Virus record (IMG/VR): IMGVR_UViG_3300006921_000001 | Length of the DNA stretch: 31,134 nucleotides | Direction: 5' to 3' (one strand) | Origin: an uncultured virus (IMG/VR IMGVR_UViG_3300006921_000001) | Lineage: Duplodnaviria; Heunggongvirae; Uroviricota; Caudoviricetes | Shown here: piece by piece, positions 1 through 8,188 of the stretch | Position numbering within the stretch: the first letter of the stretch is position 1 | Layout: each line of letters opens with the position of its first letter | Notes under the pieces: model-generated | Databases searched by the model: none | Told to the model about the DNA's origin: nothing | Seen by the model: the letters and a program-made list of their open reading frames with translations, nothing else | Made by a program: the position numbers and the translations under genes

Positions 1-206
1 CTTCCTAGCACTATTCCCTCGTCGTAAAAGTTGGGATTTAATAGCACTAAGTCGCTATCATTGAAACGGGGATGAAACTCATAAAGGTTTCTACCGCCCA
101 AAGGTTTTAACTTCATAATCTGTAGTATTCTATCCAAGATATAGTCATATGTAATATCGTCGGATAGGTGTCCTAACCCTAGTTCTTCTAAATCTTCATT
201 TTCCAT
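1..206 (-). CDS. hypothetical protein, runs off the left edge (MENEDLEELGLGHLSDD...)
   Basis: Read by hand: ATG at 206 preceded by GGAG, open to position 1; overlaps the end of 196..753. Confidence 0.7.
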   Translation of the reverse strand, partial: MENEDLEELGLGHLSDDITYDYILDRILQIMKLKPLGGRNLYEFHPRFNDSDLVLLNPNFYDEGIVLG

Positions 207-753
207 ATATTTTCTCCCTAAATAATTGGTCGGGCGTTGGAAACCATTCAGGTCGCCCATTACGCCAAGTAGCAAATCGCCACTTATCTATTCTGTAATA
301 TTCCTTATATGCTTCTATAGTACATGGGAATAATTCTTCATCCAACAAATGTGGATAAATGTCTTTTTTAATTGCTCTAGCGAAAGGAGTAAGACCTTCG
401 TTATCAAACTCAGCATTTTGCAGCCATTTTGATACATCTTTATCAATCTCTCGCATAAGACGTTCTACTTTGTGTTGTTTCTTATAACGACCTGTATATT
501 CGTCGCATAATGCCCAAGTATTATCCCACAACCATTGAAAGTTTTCTCTTGATTGTCTACCCCATACTGTAGATGGGTGAATAGCCATACCGCGTGAAAG
601 TTTCTTCCAAACAATTTTGTCCGCAGGAAATCCTAACTCATGTAAATTATGTGAAATCATTTGAAATCCCTCTGTTGGCATCTTGACTACGTGTTTATCA
701 CAACATAAACTAGCCGCTTGCATTGGGTCTTCATGTAAAAAGAATATATTCAT
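196..753 (-). CDS. pyrimidine-dimer DNA glycosylase (T4 endonuclease V/DenV-like) family protein
   Basis: MNIFxL-DP, DKHVVKM-E-Q, HP-x-x-W, EY-x-RY-K-HK, AY-x-YY and C-terminal W-x-x-x-RP-x-W motifs typical of this phage family. Confidence 0.75.
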   Translation of the reverse strand: MNIFFLHEDPMQAASLCCDKHVVKMPTEGFQMISHNLHELGFPADKIVWKKLSRGMAIHPSTVWGRQSRENFQWLWDNTWALCDEYTGRYKKQHKVERLMREIDKDVSKWLQNAEFDNEGLTPFARAIKKDIYPHLLDEELFPCTIEAYKEYYRIDKWRFATWRNGRPEWFPTPDQLFREKIYGK

Positions 754-842
754 TCTTCCTCACCACCCGTTTTAGCATATTTGTGACTCATTTGTTCTCG
801 ACGTAATTGTCTATCATACATTTCATATTCTTCTTCATTCAT
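750..842 (-). CDS. 30-aa acidic micro-protein (MNEEEYEMYDRQLRREQMSHKYAKTGGEEE)
   Basis: ATGA start/stop overlaps at both ends. Confidence 0.5.
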   Translation of the reverse strand: MNEEEYEMYDRQLRREQMSHKYAKTGGEEE

Positions 843-994
843 TCTTCTTCATCCTCCTCTTTTATGTTTAAGTGTGATATAATTTGGTCTACGAGGTCGG
901 CCTGACTATTGATAACATCCATAATCCATTTAGTATGACCAATAAAGAAAGCAAATAAAACCACAAGATTAATTACTATATATTCATAATCCAT
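839..994 (-). CDS. small membrane protein (MDYEYIVINLVVLFAFFIG...)
   Basis: Track ORF 839..1066; ATG at 994 preferred because the upstream part is occupied by a Cys-rich micro-ORF; one hydrophobic segment. Confidence 0.55.
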   Translation of the reverse strand: MDYEYIVINLVVLFAFFIGHTKWIMDVINSQADLVDQIISHLNIKEEDEEE

Positions 995-1070
995 TGTTAC
1001 ACTTCCTACAGGAACCGATACGATACCAATTACCGCACTTATCACATTGACTGGGTATTGCTCCACACAT
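984..1070 (-). CDS. 28-aa zinc-ribbon micro-protein (MCGAIPSQCDKCGNWYRIGSCRKCNNGL)
   Basis: Two CxxC pairs; TAATG overlap with the upstream stop; GGAGG upstream. Confidence 0.55.
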   Translation of the reverse strand: MCGAIPSQCDKCGNWYRIGSCRKCNNGL

Positions 1071-1159
1071 TATCCCATCCTCCTAGAACACGGCATACAG
1101 AACTTCTCAGAGTATGAGAATACTGGATTCATGCAATTTTTATTCTTGCACAGTTTCAT
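1070..1159 (-). CDS. 29-aa Cys4 micro-protein (MKLCKNKNCMNPVFSYSEKFCMPCSRRMG)
   Basis: Cx4C and CxxC; ATGA overlap with 1156..1428. Confidence 0.55.
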   Translation of the reverse strand: MKLCKNKNCMNPVFSYSEKFCMPCSRRMG

Positions 1160-1428
1160 TCTGTAATCTCCCATTGTCCGTCGTCGTATACTATACTTGC
1201 ATTAAGTAGGTCAATATTCTCGAAATACATTCTAGGCGACCATCTAAAATTGTGTGCTCTTTGCATAGCACCAAATTGACGTTCTAACCATTCAATATAC
1301 TCAAGGATAACCATTCCATCAGTAATAACACTAGCCGGGTAAGGCCAAGTGCAAGAAGTATTAGTACAAATACCATCTCCATCTTCATCTCTTTTAGTTT
1401 CCCATGCACATCTAGGACATTTATTCAT
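1156..1428 (-). CDS. hypothetical protein with N-terminal zinc ribbon
   Basis: CPRC...CTNTSC; coupled with neighbours. Confidence 0.7.
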   Translation of the reverse strand: MNKCPRCAWETKRDEDGDGICTNTSCTWPYPASVITDGMVILEYIEWLERQFGAMQRAHNFRWSPRMYFENIDLLNASIVYDDGQWEITE

Positions 1429-1711
1429 AATTTCGCCTCCATACTGTTAATCTTGCTACGTTATCCACGTCTGTCTTCCAACCTTTAAGATACATTCTTA
1501 GGAATTGACCAAATCGCACCTTGTTAGTTCTCAACTTCAAAGTGTGAACTTTAGCACTACCTGCATTTCCACAGTGTTTAGCATACAATTTCTCATATGT
1601 GTCGCACACTTCTTTCATTATTTCATCAGAAGACAGCATTTCTTCCCTGTCTTCAGCAACTGTTAATACAGCCTTTCTCATTAATTCTCTATTTGTCTTT
1701 TTTCCTGCCAT
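1421..1711 (-). CDS. hypothetical basic protein, possibly winged-helix-like
   Basis: ORF track; tightly packed in the minus-strand block. Confidence 0.7.
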   Translation of the reverse strand: MAGKKTNRELMRKAVLTVAEDREEMLSSDEIMKEVCDTYEKLYAKHCGNAGSAKVHTLKLRTNKVRFGQFLRMYLKGWKTDVDNVARLTVWRRNYE

Positions 1712-1983
1712 TATAAAACACTCCTGCTCAATTTATGTGACTTTTCGTCAGAATATTTCTTTTCAAATCGAAAAAGTCGGTAAAGTTCTCGCCTACGGAG
1801 TTCTTTACTGATAATTCTGTCAAGATATTCTTTTTTATACATTCTGAGGTCATTATTATTCGCATAATCTCTCAAAGTATGGTGTTTAGGCAAACTTTGC
1901 AAGTATTCTGTATTACTTATGTGTTTATGCATCATTCTTCCTCCATTACGTATGGTGACTTCATAAAAGGTACTTTTACCCAT
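1711..1983 (-). CDS. hypothetical protein
   Basis: ORF track; TAATG overlap with 1421..1711. Confidence 0.65.
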   Translation of the reverse strand: MGKSTFYEVTIRNGGRMMHKHISNTEYLQSLPKHHTLRDYANNNDLRMYKKEYLDRIISKELRRRELYRLFRFEKKYSDEKSHKLSRSVL

Positions 1984-2291
1984 GTGAGACCTAACGGTTT
2001 TACCTTTCGGGCAATTTCCATTACCGTTTTATCAGTTAATTTCAGATTTGCTACGTCAAATGCTTGATAAACAGTCATAAAACTGTCATCCTTTAGATGA
2101 TAAATTGATTTACTCATCTTTTCACCAACAGTTTCATTTCCTGTCTGCATACACTTATCGTATTCCTCAAAGTAATAGTTACCACTACGGTAACGAATAT
2201 AAAAGTCGTTACCATTACTTAGTCGTCCTTCAATCTGTGTCGGCTCTGCAACACTAGTTATTCTAAATTTTACAATTTCTTTCTCATTCAT
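1932..2291 (-). CDS. hypothetical protein (PTQIEG...FYIRYRSG motif)
   Basis: ORF track; GAGG upstream of ATG. Confidence 0.7.
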   Translation of the reverse strand: MNEKEIVKFRITSVAEPTQIEGRLSNGNDFYIRYRSGNYYFEEYDKCMQTGNETVGEKMSKSIYHLKDDSFMTVYQAFDVANLKLTDKTVMEIARKVKPLGLTWVKVPFMKSPYVMEEE

Positions 2292-2344
2292 ATTTATTCC
2301 TCTTGTTTTGGTAGTTTACAGAGATACCAACTCTAAGTATTAGG

Positions 2345-2418
2345 TGGGTCTAGTGGGATTTGAACCCACGACCAACGGGTTAAAAGCCCGTCGCGCTACC
2401 TTACTGCGCCATAGACCC
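2345..2418 (-). tRNA. tRNA-Lys(UUU)
   Basis: Acceptor GGGTCTA/TAGACCC, anticodon arm ACGGG-CT-TTT-AA-CCCGT, T-arm GTGGGTTCAAATCCCAC; no full CCA. Confidence 0.95.
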
Positions 2419-2424
2419 AAAAGA

Positions 2425-2499
2425 TGCTGAATCCGGGATTTGAACCCGGGTCCACGGAATGAAAACCCGCGATGATGGACCTAACTACACCAATTCAGC
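2425..2499 (-). tRNA. tRNA-Glu(UUC)
   Basis: Acceptor GCTGAAT/ATTCAGC, anticodon arm GCGGG-TT-TTC-AT-TCCGT (two G-U pairs), T-arm CCGGGTTCAAATCCCGG. Confidence 0.9.
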
Positions 2500-2514
2500 G
2501 TTTTGAATATTAAG

Positions 2515-2596
2515 TGCTGGAAGTAGGATTCGAACCTACGAAGCATTTTGCAGTGGAACTTAAGCCCACCCCCTTTGGCCACTCGGGTATTCCAGC
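2515..2596 (-). tRNA. tRNA-Leu(UAA)
   Basis: Acceptor GCTGGAA/TTCCAGC, anticodon arm GTGGG-CT-TAA-GT-TCCAC, long variable arm GCA-AAA-TGC, T-arm GTAGGTTCGAATCCTAC. Confidence 0.95.
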
Positions 2597-2629
2597 GTTA
2601 ATATGGTTTTTACAAGGAACCAAATAACC

Positions 2630-2791
2630 TTACTTGCGTAACTGTTTCTTTACCCACAAAACAATTCTATGCCCTGTCACGAACACCATAAAATATAACG
2701 CCAACTCTATAAGCAGTGCAACAATAAATGCTTCATCAGCCACGCAAGATTCTAACCCTACTATATTAGTACAAACTTCAATGTAGGGCAT
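2630..2791 (-). CDS. 53-aa putative membrane protein (MPYIEVCTNIVGLESC...)
   Basis: Read by hand; fills the gap; hydrophobic stretch followed by a basic tail. Confidence 0.45.
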   Translation of the reverse strand: MPYIEVCTNIVGLESCVADEAFIVALLIELALYFMVFVTGHRIVLWVKKQLRK

Positions 2792-2816
2792 ACACCATTC
2801 AATATTAAACTCATGT

Positions 2817-3167
2817 TTAAACTTTCACTTCGGAGTCACTAGACCACAAAGTTCCCCATTCTACATTGTATTGCTTACAATACAAACGTAGGGTTTCCCA
2901 GTCCTCGTCCATTTCTATTCTATTATCTTCAGTCAGTGCTGGCATTACAACATTGACAAAATCATCTAATAAGTATTGAGCGTCATCATCGGTTAGCCCA
3001 CTGGCTATTACACTTTCAAATTGTCTAAGAAACCCACCGATAAGACCATGCTCATCTATAATTCTATTTGCTTGTCGGATTGACTTCCGCAAGTAGCGTC
3101 TATATTTTAGACCTTCCCAAGCATCCACAGTCATAGCCTTAACTATGTCTATAAATATACCAAACAC
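2817..3167 (-). CDS. hypothetical protein
   Basis: ORF track; GGGTGA upstream of GTG. Confidence 0.65.
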   Translation of the reverse strand: MFGIFIDIVKAMTVDAWEGLKYRRYLRKSIRQANRIIDEHGLIGGFLRQFESVIASGLTDDDAQYLLDDFVNVVMPALTEDNRIEMDEDWETLRLYCKQYNVEWGTLWSSDSEVKV

Positions 3168-3575
3168 TTACTCACCCTTGAACTTAGCAAATCGCTTCAA
3201 ATACATGAATGTAAACATATGCTTCCTAAACTTTTTCGTTGTGGCATGCATATTACCTTTCATCCAAGTATTCATTCTTGAAACTTTAACTTCATCGTTT
3301 GGTACGCCTAGTTTAGGTATGAATGTACCTTTCTTGTTTACTATCGGTTCACCATTTTTATCCCTATATACTATAAGTTCACCATTATCATCCCAGATGC
3401 GTTCGGTTCCACTTTCTAATTTATTTATCTTATCTGATATCTGTTGTGGCGCATTTTCAGGCCCAACATTCCTTTTCAGTTTATAATCATATCTAGTATA
3501 GAATTCACTACCAATATCTGTATTTAATAGAAAATCCTTATATCCTTCCCAATCATTCTTCTTTCTCCATGTCAT
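3168..3575 (-). CDS. hypothetical protein
   Basis: ORF track; AGGAG upstream. Confidence 0.75.
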   Translation of the reverse strand: MTWRKKNDWEGYKDFLLNTDIGSEFYTRYDYKLKRNVGPENAPQQISDKINKLESGTERIWDDNGELIVYRDKNGEPIVNKKGTFIPKLGVPNDEVKVSRMNTWMKGNMHATTKKFRKHMFTFMYLKRFAKFKGE

Positions 3576-3694
3576 TTTTTATATCTCCTTATATTATGTG
3601 ATATGTATATGTCTACCGCTATAGTAGACAGTAATTCTGTCGGTTTTGATTCGCAGACCAACACAACTGCGCCAAAATGTCTAAGTTTTAGTTA

Positions 3695-3898
3695 TTAGCA
3701 CCCACCGACAATTGCCTGTGTGAGTACGATTTCGTTAACATCATTGAAGTTAACATTCGCAATTTCTTCGCGGCTGACTAGTTCGCCATCCACGTAAGCC
3801 CAATGCGTTGGGTGTTCAATAATTTGTTCAAGTGCGCCTTCTGCGCTCATCATAAGTTCCGTGTGTCCTGTCTCATTTAAAATTGTTACCTTTACCAT
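3695..3898 (-). CDS. ubiquitin-like (SAMP/ThiS/MoaD beta-grasp) protein ending IVGG-C
   Basis: 67 aa from ATG 3898 after AGGTGA; N-terminal VKVTIL strand, central VDG, EIVL...IVGG tail. Confidence 0.7.
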   Translation of the reverse strand: MVKVTILNETGHTELMMSAEGALEQIIEHPTHWAYVDGELVSREEIANVNFNDVNEIVLTQAIVGGC

Positions 3899-4020
3899 TT
3901 CTTTCACCTTGTTGTTTGGCCCTCTCGGGCAATTTATACTACGCTTAGGTGGTATATAACCATCACGCTGTATTGTATTTTAGACATTTTGATATACTTT
4001 TTTCTCATTCATTCTGTTCG

Positions 4021-4293
4021 CTATTTTTTGTATTCAGCAATATCCTTCGGGTCGAAGACCTTCCAGAATTGCATCTCTCTATCTTCCATGATGTAAATAT
4101 CGCCAAAATCCATCGCTTTATCTCCATCATCCATGTATCTTGCTTCTCCTACTTCGTAGGTCCACTTATCCCAATCCTGTATTACTCTCTTGACTATTGC
4201 CAATCGCTTAGTGCGAATATGAACTAATACATCCCCTCGTTTTGCAATAGGGTCTTTTGACGGCTTTGGGGGTTTTCTAGGAGTATGTCTCAT
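4021..4293 (-). CDS. hypothetical protein, possible small beta-barrel (KRGDVLVHI)
   Basis: ORF track; ATGA coupling. Confidence 0.7.
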   Translation of the reverse strand: MRHTPRKPPKPSKDPIAKRGDVLVHIRTKRLAIVKRVIQDWDKWTYEVGEARYMDDGDKAMDFGDIYIMEDREMQFWKVFDPKDIAEYKK

Positions 4294-4547
4294 ATTGTTC
4301 TACCTCTATAATCTGCCCAGCGTCTTGCAGTTATTTCTGCTTCAGCATCAAGATACCAATGTCTAAAGAATATAGACATTATGATATTACCTATAGCCAT
4401 CATGAAAAACCACTGATTAAAATAAGATAGAATCGACAAAGTTATTCCCAGAAACAAATTAATTCTAGATAATATATTCATAGTATCCCGGAAAGCCAAC
4501 ACATCTATGTCGCGCTTATTTTCCAAGTATTCACTAACTAATCCCAT
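4290..4547 (-). CDS. two-TM membrane protein
   Basis: Two hydrophobic segments. Confidence 0.7.
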   Translation of the reverse strand: MGLVSEYLENKRDIDVLAFRDTMNILSRINLFLGITLSILSYFNQWFFMMAIGNIIMSIFFRHWYLDAEAEITARRWADYRGRTI

Positions 4548-4857
4548 GTATTTCTACCTCGCTATGTTTACTGTTACCACAAGGACAAGTATCTAACCTG
4601 TATAGTTTATCCCCTAGTATATTGTATGTAGAAACAAACGCCTTACCACAATCACAATATAGGTGCGATACATCAAACTCTGCAGGAACTCCTTCCATAT
4701 AATATATTATACAAGTCACCCCTACTATTAATGAAATGCTTTGCCAAATATCAAAAGTGTCAGGGTATACACTCTGAGTATAAACTACCCAAAGTATGCA
4801 GATAGCCCCAACCACTATCAAATATGGTTGTACTATACGTCTTATAGTTAGTCCCAT
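4534..4857 (-). CDS. two-TM membrane protein with C-terminal CxCG...CPCG zinc ribbon
   Basis: Hydrophobic segments; CDCG and CPCG. Confidence 0.7.
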   Translation of the reverse strand: MGLTIRRIVQPYLIVVGAICILWVVYTQSVYPDTFDIWQSISLIVGVTCIIYYMEGVPAEFDVSHLYCDCGKAFVSTYNILGDKLYRLDTCPCGNSKHSEVEIHGIS

Positions 4858-5138
4858 AAATCTTCACTGTTCCTCTTTGCCACTAACCATAGAACACAAT
4901 ATCCTGCCAAGTCGAGAAATATATCCTCATCTTTTTCTATTGCATCATGTCCCATCGCCAATCTTGAAATCTTATCATCCATTCGGACTCGTATCAATTC
5001 CTCAGCACTTCCATTCGCAAATATCCCAACAGGGTTCAATGCTGAATCTCCATACTGTTCATTTTTCAGAACCAAAAGTTCTGTCAATTCTTTCATCACT
5101 TTCTTAATCTTCCTAGTTGTATCTTCTGTGTCTGTCAT
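4848..5138 (-). CDS. DUF1599 / nucleotide-modification-associated domain 1 (Nmad1)-like protein
   Basis: KN-x-x-YGDS, RMDDKISRL and DLAGY motifs; GGTGA upstream. Confidence 0.75.
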   Translation of the reverse strand: MTDTEDTTRKIKKVMKELTELLVLKNEQYGDSALNPVGIFANGSAEELIRVRMDDKISRLAMGHDAIEKDEDIFLDLAGYCVLWLVAKRNSEDLWD

Positions 5139-5179
5139 TTAATCACCAAATTGCATACCTATGTATATCTTTTCTTTTT

Positions 5180-5545
5180 CATTCTGCACAAGAAACCACT
5201 TTTCCTACACATTTTGCACACTATTCCTACGTGAGAAATCAATATGTGCAAGAAATCTGGATTTTCCAGTGCATTTTGTAACTATTCCTATTTTCCTACT
5301 TTTCCTATGGGGTCACACCCATATACACATATAGACCCATATATCTATAACAAAATGTAATAGATAAAATAGTGTGTGTGTAGTAGTAGGTAGGAATAGT
5401 AGGAATAGTAGGAATATTTACAATATGTAATAGATAATACTATTTTCTTGTTCATAATGATTTCCTACGCATAGGAAAAGTGAGAAGGTGTTGCATAATG
5501 TCAAAGAAAATGAGTGAGAATTTGAATTACCCCATTATGCAACAG
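5180..5545. repeat. iteron-like cluster of TAGGAA/TTCCTA direct and inverted repeats; candidate replication origin
   Basis: TAGGAATAG tandem at 5391-5416; reverse copies near 5200, 5221, 5282-5307 and 5461; ATGTAATAGATAA twice; 12-bp inverted repeat 5489-5500/5533-5544; no ORF. Confidence 0.55.
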
Positions 5546-6308
5546 AAAAAGGTAGTTATTAAATCATAATAACCATGTAATTATTGTAAATTTTTAAGCG
5601 TTAGTTTATATAACAACTAGGCACAATTTACAAATAAAAGGAATCTGTTTGTATGCGAGTTCTATTCATCGTGTCACTCGCATACCTATCTGACCCCCGC
5701 CCCGTATATAAACCGCGACGGCCCAAAAAGACATTTTCTATAGCGTATTTAAATACATCCATTGTAAATGCCTATCTAGATACAACCATATGGGTGTGGA
5801 AAGAAATTCCATCAATAACCCTTGCTGCGGTAAGCATGGCAGTAGCACTATAGACGCTTCATTAATTACACTAACAGTTAATTATTCATTGTCTACTTGT
5901 GCACTGCCTGCTACCATATGGTACAGATAAATAGTTTGACACTAATTACTCATCTTCGTCAAACATCTGTTACCCTCCTGTGGATTCTCCATTTTACTTA
6001 CGTGGAGAACCATATGGTTCGGTTTACGGTATACGGATGTATATGTATTCTGCTGTGCAGATATACTATTAAATCTGATACTCCGTATTCGATAAACCAA
6101 TGAACCTTGCTATTTCTTTCTCGCGCGGAATCCGGGGCCGGCAATAAATACATTTATTATGCCTTAACGAATGCTCCATTCTGTCCTTACTTTATGGACA
6201 AGAATGTCTCATTAGTACCATATGGTTGTTTTTGCTAGCGAGTAATAAAGGGAGGTGCAACGAACTAAAACGAAAATTTGTATAGTTTTTGCTTTCTTTA
6301 TTACGAGC

Positions 6309-6357
6309 AAAAAAATACCCCAGTCGGGTGGAAGGAGGGGTTTTACCCCCTCCCTCC
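6309..6357 (-). terminator. GC-rich hairpin followed by a T-run downstream of 6394..6852
   Basis: GGAGGGG 6334-6340 / CCCCTCC 6347-6353; A-run 6309-6315 reads as a T-run on the minus strand. Confidence 0.45.
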
Positions 6358-6393
6358 GAGGACATTTTGAGGCTTAAGCCTCGTCTTCATCTC

Positions 6394-6852
6394 TCATTGG
6401 ACATCGCCCTTGAGGAATGTGATAACGTCTTCTGCTGTACTAACGTCATTATCTGCCTTGATGAGGCGGTTAATTCTGTTAATACAAATCTCCTGCATCT
6501 TTGCTTCATCTCTAAGGGTGTTATCCCTCAATGTTAGAAGACGAAGCAGTAGATGAGCATCTCCGCGAATTGTCTGTTCTGCCTTGATAGATTCAGGATT
6601 ACCGGGTGTCTTACCACCGGGGCAAGCATTGTCAGTTCCTTGATATCGCTTTATGATTCCTGAAATCATCATCATTTCAGCCTTCTTTGCATTATCATCA
6701 CCTTCATTTCCACGGACTACGGAATCTTCAAGGAAGTCCTTAGTAGCAGTATCAGCGTCTTTCTCAGACCAGAATAACATAGCAAGCCATTTAGTGACTC
6801 GCTCCATCAATTTAGTCCATTTTTGTTCAGTTGTTGGTTTTGTTTCGACCAT
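6394..6852 (-). CDS. hypothetical protein embedded in the hairpin array
   Basis: 152-aa ORF; TTTAAGTA box 28 nt before ATG. Confidence 0.8.
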   Translation of the reverse strand: MVETKPTTEQKWTKLMERVTKWLAMLFWSEKDADTATKDFLEDSVVRGNEGDDNAKKAEMMMISGIIKRYQGTDNACPGGKTPGNPESIKAEQTIRGDAHLLLRLLTLRDNTLRDEAKMQEICINRINRLIKADNDVSTAEDVITFLKGDVQ

Positions 6853-6908
6853 ACTAAGTCATTTTTATAGGGTACTTAAACTTACCACAAAGTTTTCTTT
6901 TAAGTACC
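6853..6908 (-). promoter_or_regulatory. archaeal TATA-type promoter (TTTAAGTA, 6880-6873) inside a stem-loop arm
   Basis: Spacing fits a leaderless transcript; shares TATAGGGTA-y-TTAA and ACAAAGT with the copy at 9441-9495. Confidence 0.6.
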
Positions 6909-7275
6909 ATATGGTCCTCAACTTCAGTGGGACCAGAAATGGGGATAACGATACTAATACTAGGCCGCATCACCTCGTATTCACGACGTTTGATAAGTCG
7001 TATCGTACCATATGGTGACAAGGGAGCCCTAAAACGCGGTATTCACTACGTCAGAACATGCGGACATTAACTTGACTCTTTTCAGCGTTGTAAAAAACAT
7101 TTACTAACAGCAACAAAAAAAGCCGGCGTTAATGCCGTTTCTGTACCATATGGTTCGAGTTTGTATAACTTTGAGATACAAACGACTTTTGAATACATGG
7201 AAAAAGCGAACCTCAAAATTAAAAAAAGAAAAAATTGGTTTTTGTTAACGCGGAACCGTAAAACCGCGATGCAGG

Positions 7276-7446
7276 TCAATCTCTCAAAGAATCCCGTGAC
7301 TGATAGTCACCAGATTCAGTGATTGTTTGAACATGCCCACACTTATTGCATCGGATAACCGATTCTTGCGTCCATAACCTAGAATGGTGATGTATCGCTT
7401 TGTGTGTTTTTACTATTGTGTTATTGTTGTGCCTGCAATTGGTCAT
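7276..7446 (-). CDS. 56-aa zinc-finger-like protein (MTNCRH...RCNKCGHVQ...)
   Basis: Read by hand; CxH and CxxC; ATGA overlap with 7443..7616. Confidence 0.65.
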   Translation of the reverse strand: MTNCRHNNNTIVKTHKAIHHHSRLWTQESVIRCNKCGHVQTITESGDYQSRDSLRD

Positions 7447-7616
7447 TCGTTCAACTCCTTAAGTCGTTTCTCAACCTCTTCGGTTATTCGCCTTGTTGAG
7501 GCAATTAACTCGCTTTCGGAAGTGGAAGAAATACGTAAAGATTCAACAATGTAGTTTTGATACCTATCTTGCTTAATCTTTAAGACGAATTCAGGCCGAC
7601 GGAAGAATCTAAGCAT
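7443..7616 (-). CDS. 57-aa hypothetical protein (MLRFFRRPEFVLKIKQD...)
   Basis: Read by hand; TAATG and ATGA overlaps with both neighbours. Confidence 0.65.
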   Translation of the reverse strand: MLRFFRRPEFVLKIKQDRYQNYIVESLRISSTSESELIASTRRITEEVEKRLKELNE

Positions 7617-7945
7617 TACTGCCTACACTCCTTCGCCTGATTTGCCAGCCAATCTTGACGGCGTTGGTCATCAGTTCTCCAATCCCAATGTGAATAGGCA
7701 TCCTGAATCCACTTAGGATTCTCTTCAACCAATTCACGGAACTTATGACCGGCTCTTAGAGCCTTAAGTCGTTCCCTGCGCCAAATTGGGTTATCCCAAT
7801 TGTAGGCCTCTTTCTTAGAATTGTGTTCTGGAGCGATTCGCTTGAATCCCTTCACATACAATCCGTATTTTTTTCCATGTCGCTGTGTAAATGTATTACT
7901 CATGGCCCCAACCTCCGCAATTTTGGCAATCACCGTGGTCGGCAT
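7616..7945 (-). CDS. hypothetical basic Trp-rich protein
   Basis: ORF track; first gene of a coupled three-gene string. Confidence 0.75.
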   Translation of the reverse strand: MPTTVIAKIAEVGAMSNTFTQRHGKKYGLYVKGFKRIAPEHNSKKEAYNWDNPIWRRERLKALRAGHKFRELVEENPKWIQDAYSHWDWRTDDQRRQDWLANQAKECRQ

Positions 7946-8188
7946 TGTATTTCATTTCACATACTATACATTGTGTCATATTTGTTCACCTGCAAATTAA
8001 AAAAGGCGACTTTTTTGGTATCGCAGAAAGTCGTAACTGCGCCGATGGTCAAAATCGTGTTTCATCGGATTAATTTTAGCACCTATTACCGGATGCCTCG
8101 GATTTGGCTTTTTTAGGTCGTGAGAAGCCATTAACTCACGGGAAAAAGGCTTAAGCCTCTTCCTCATCGCGGACTATGATGATAATCA

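Noticed and set aside
995..1066. GTG-start N-terminal extension of ORF 839..1066
   Set aside because: The region is better explained by the overlapping CxxC micro-ORF 984..1070 and an ATG at 994.
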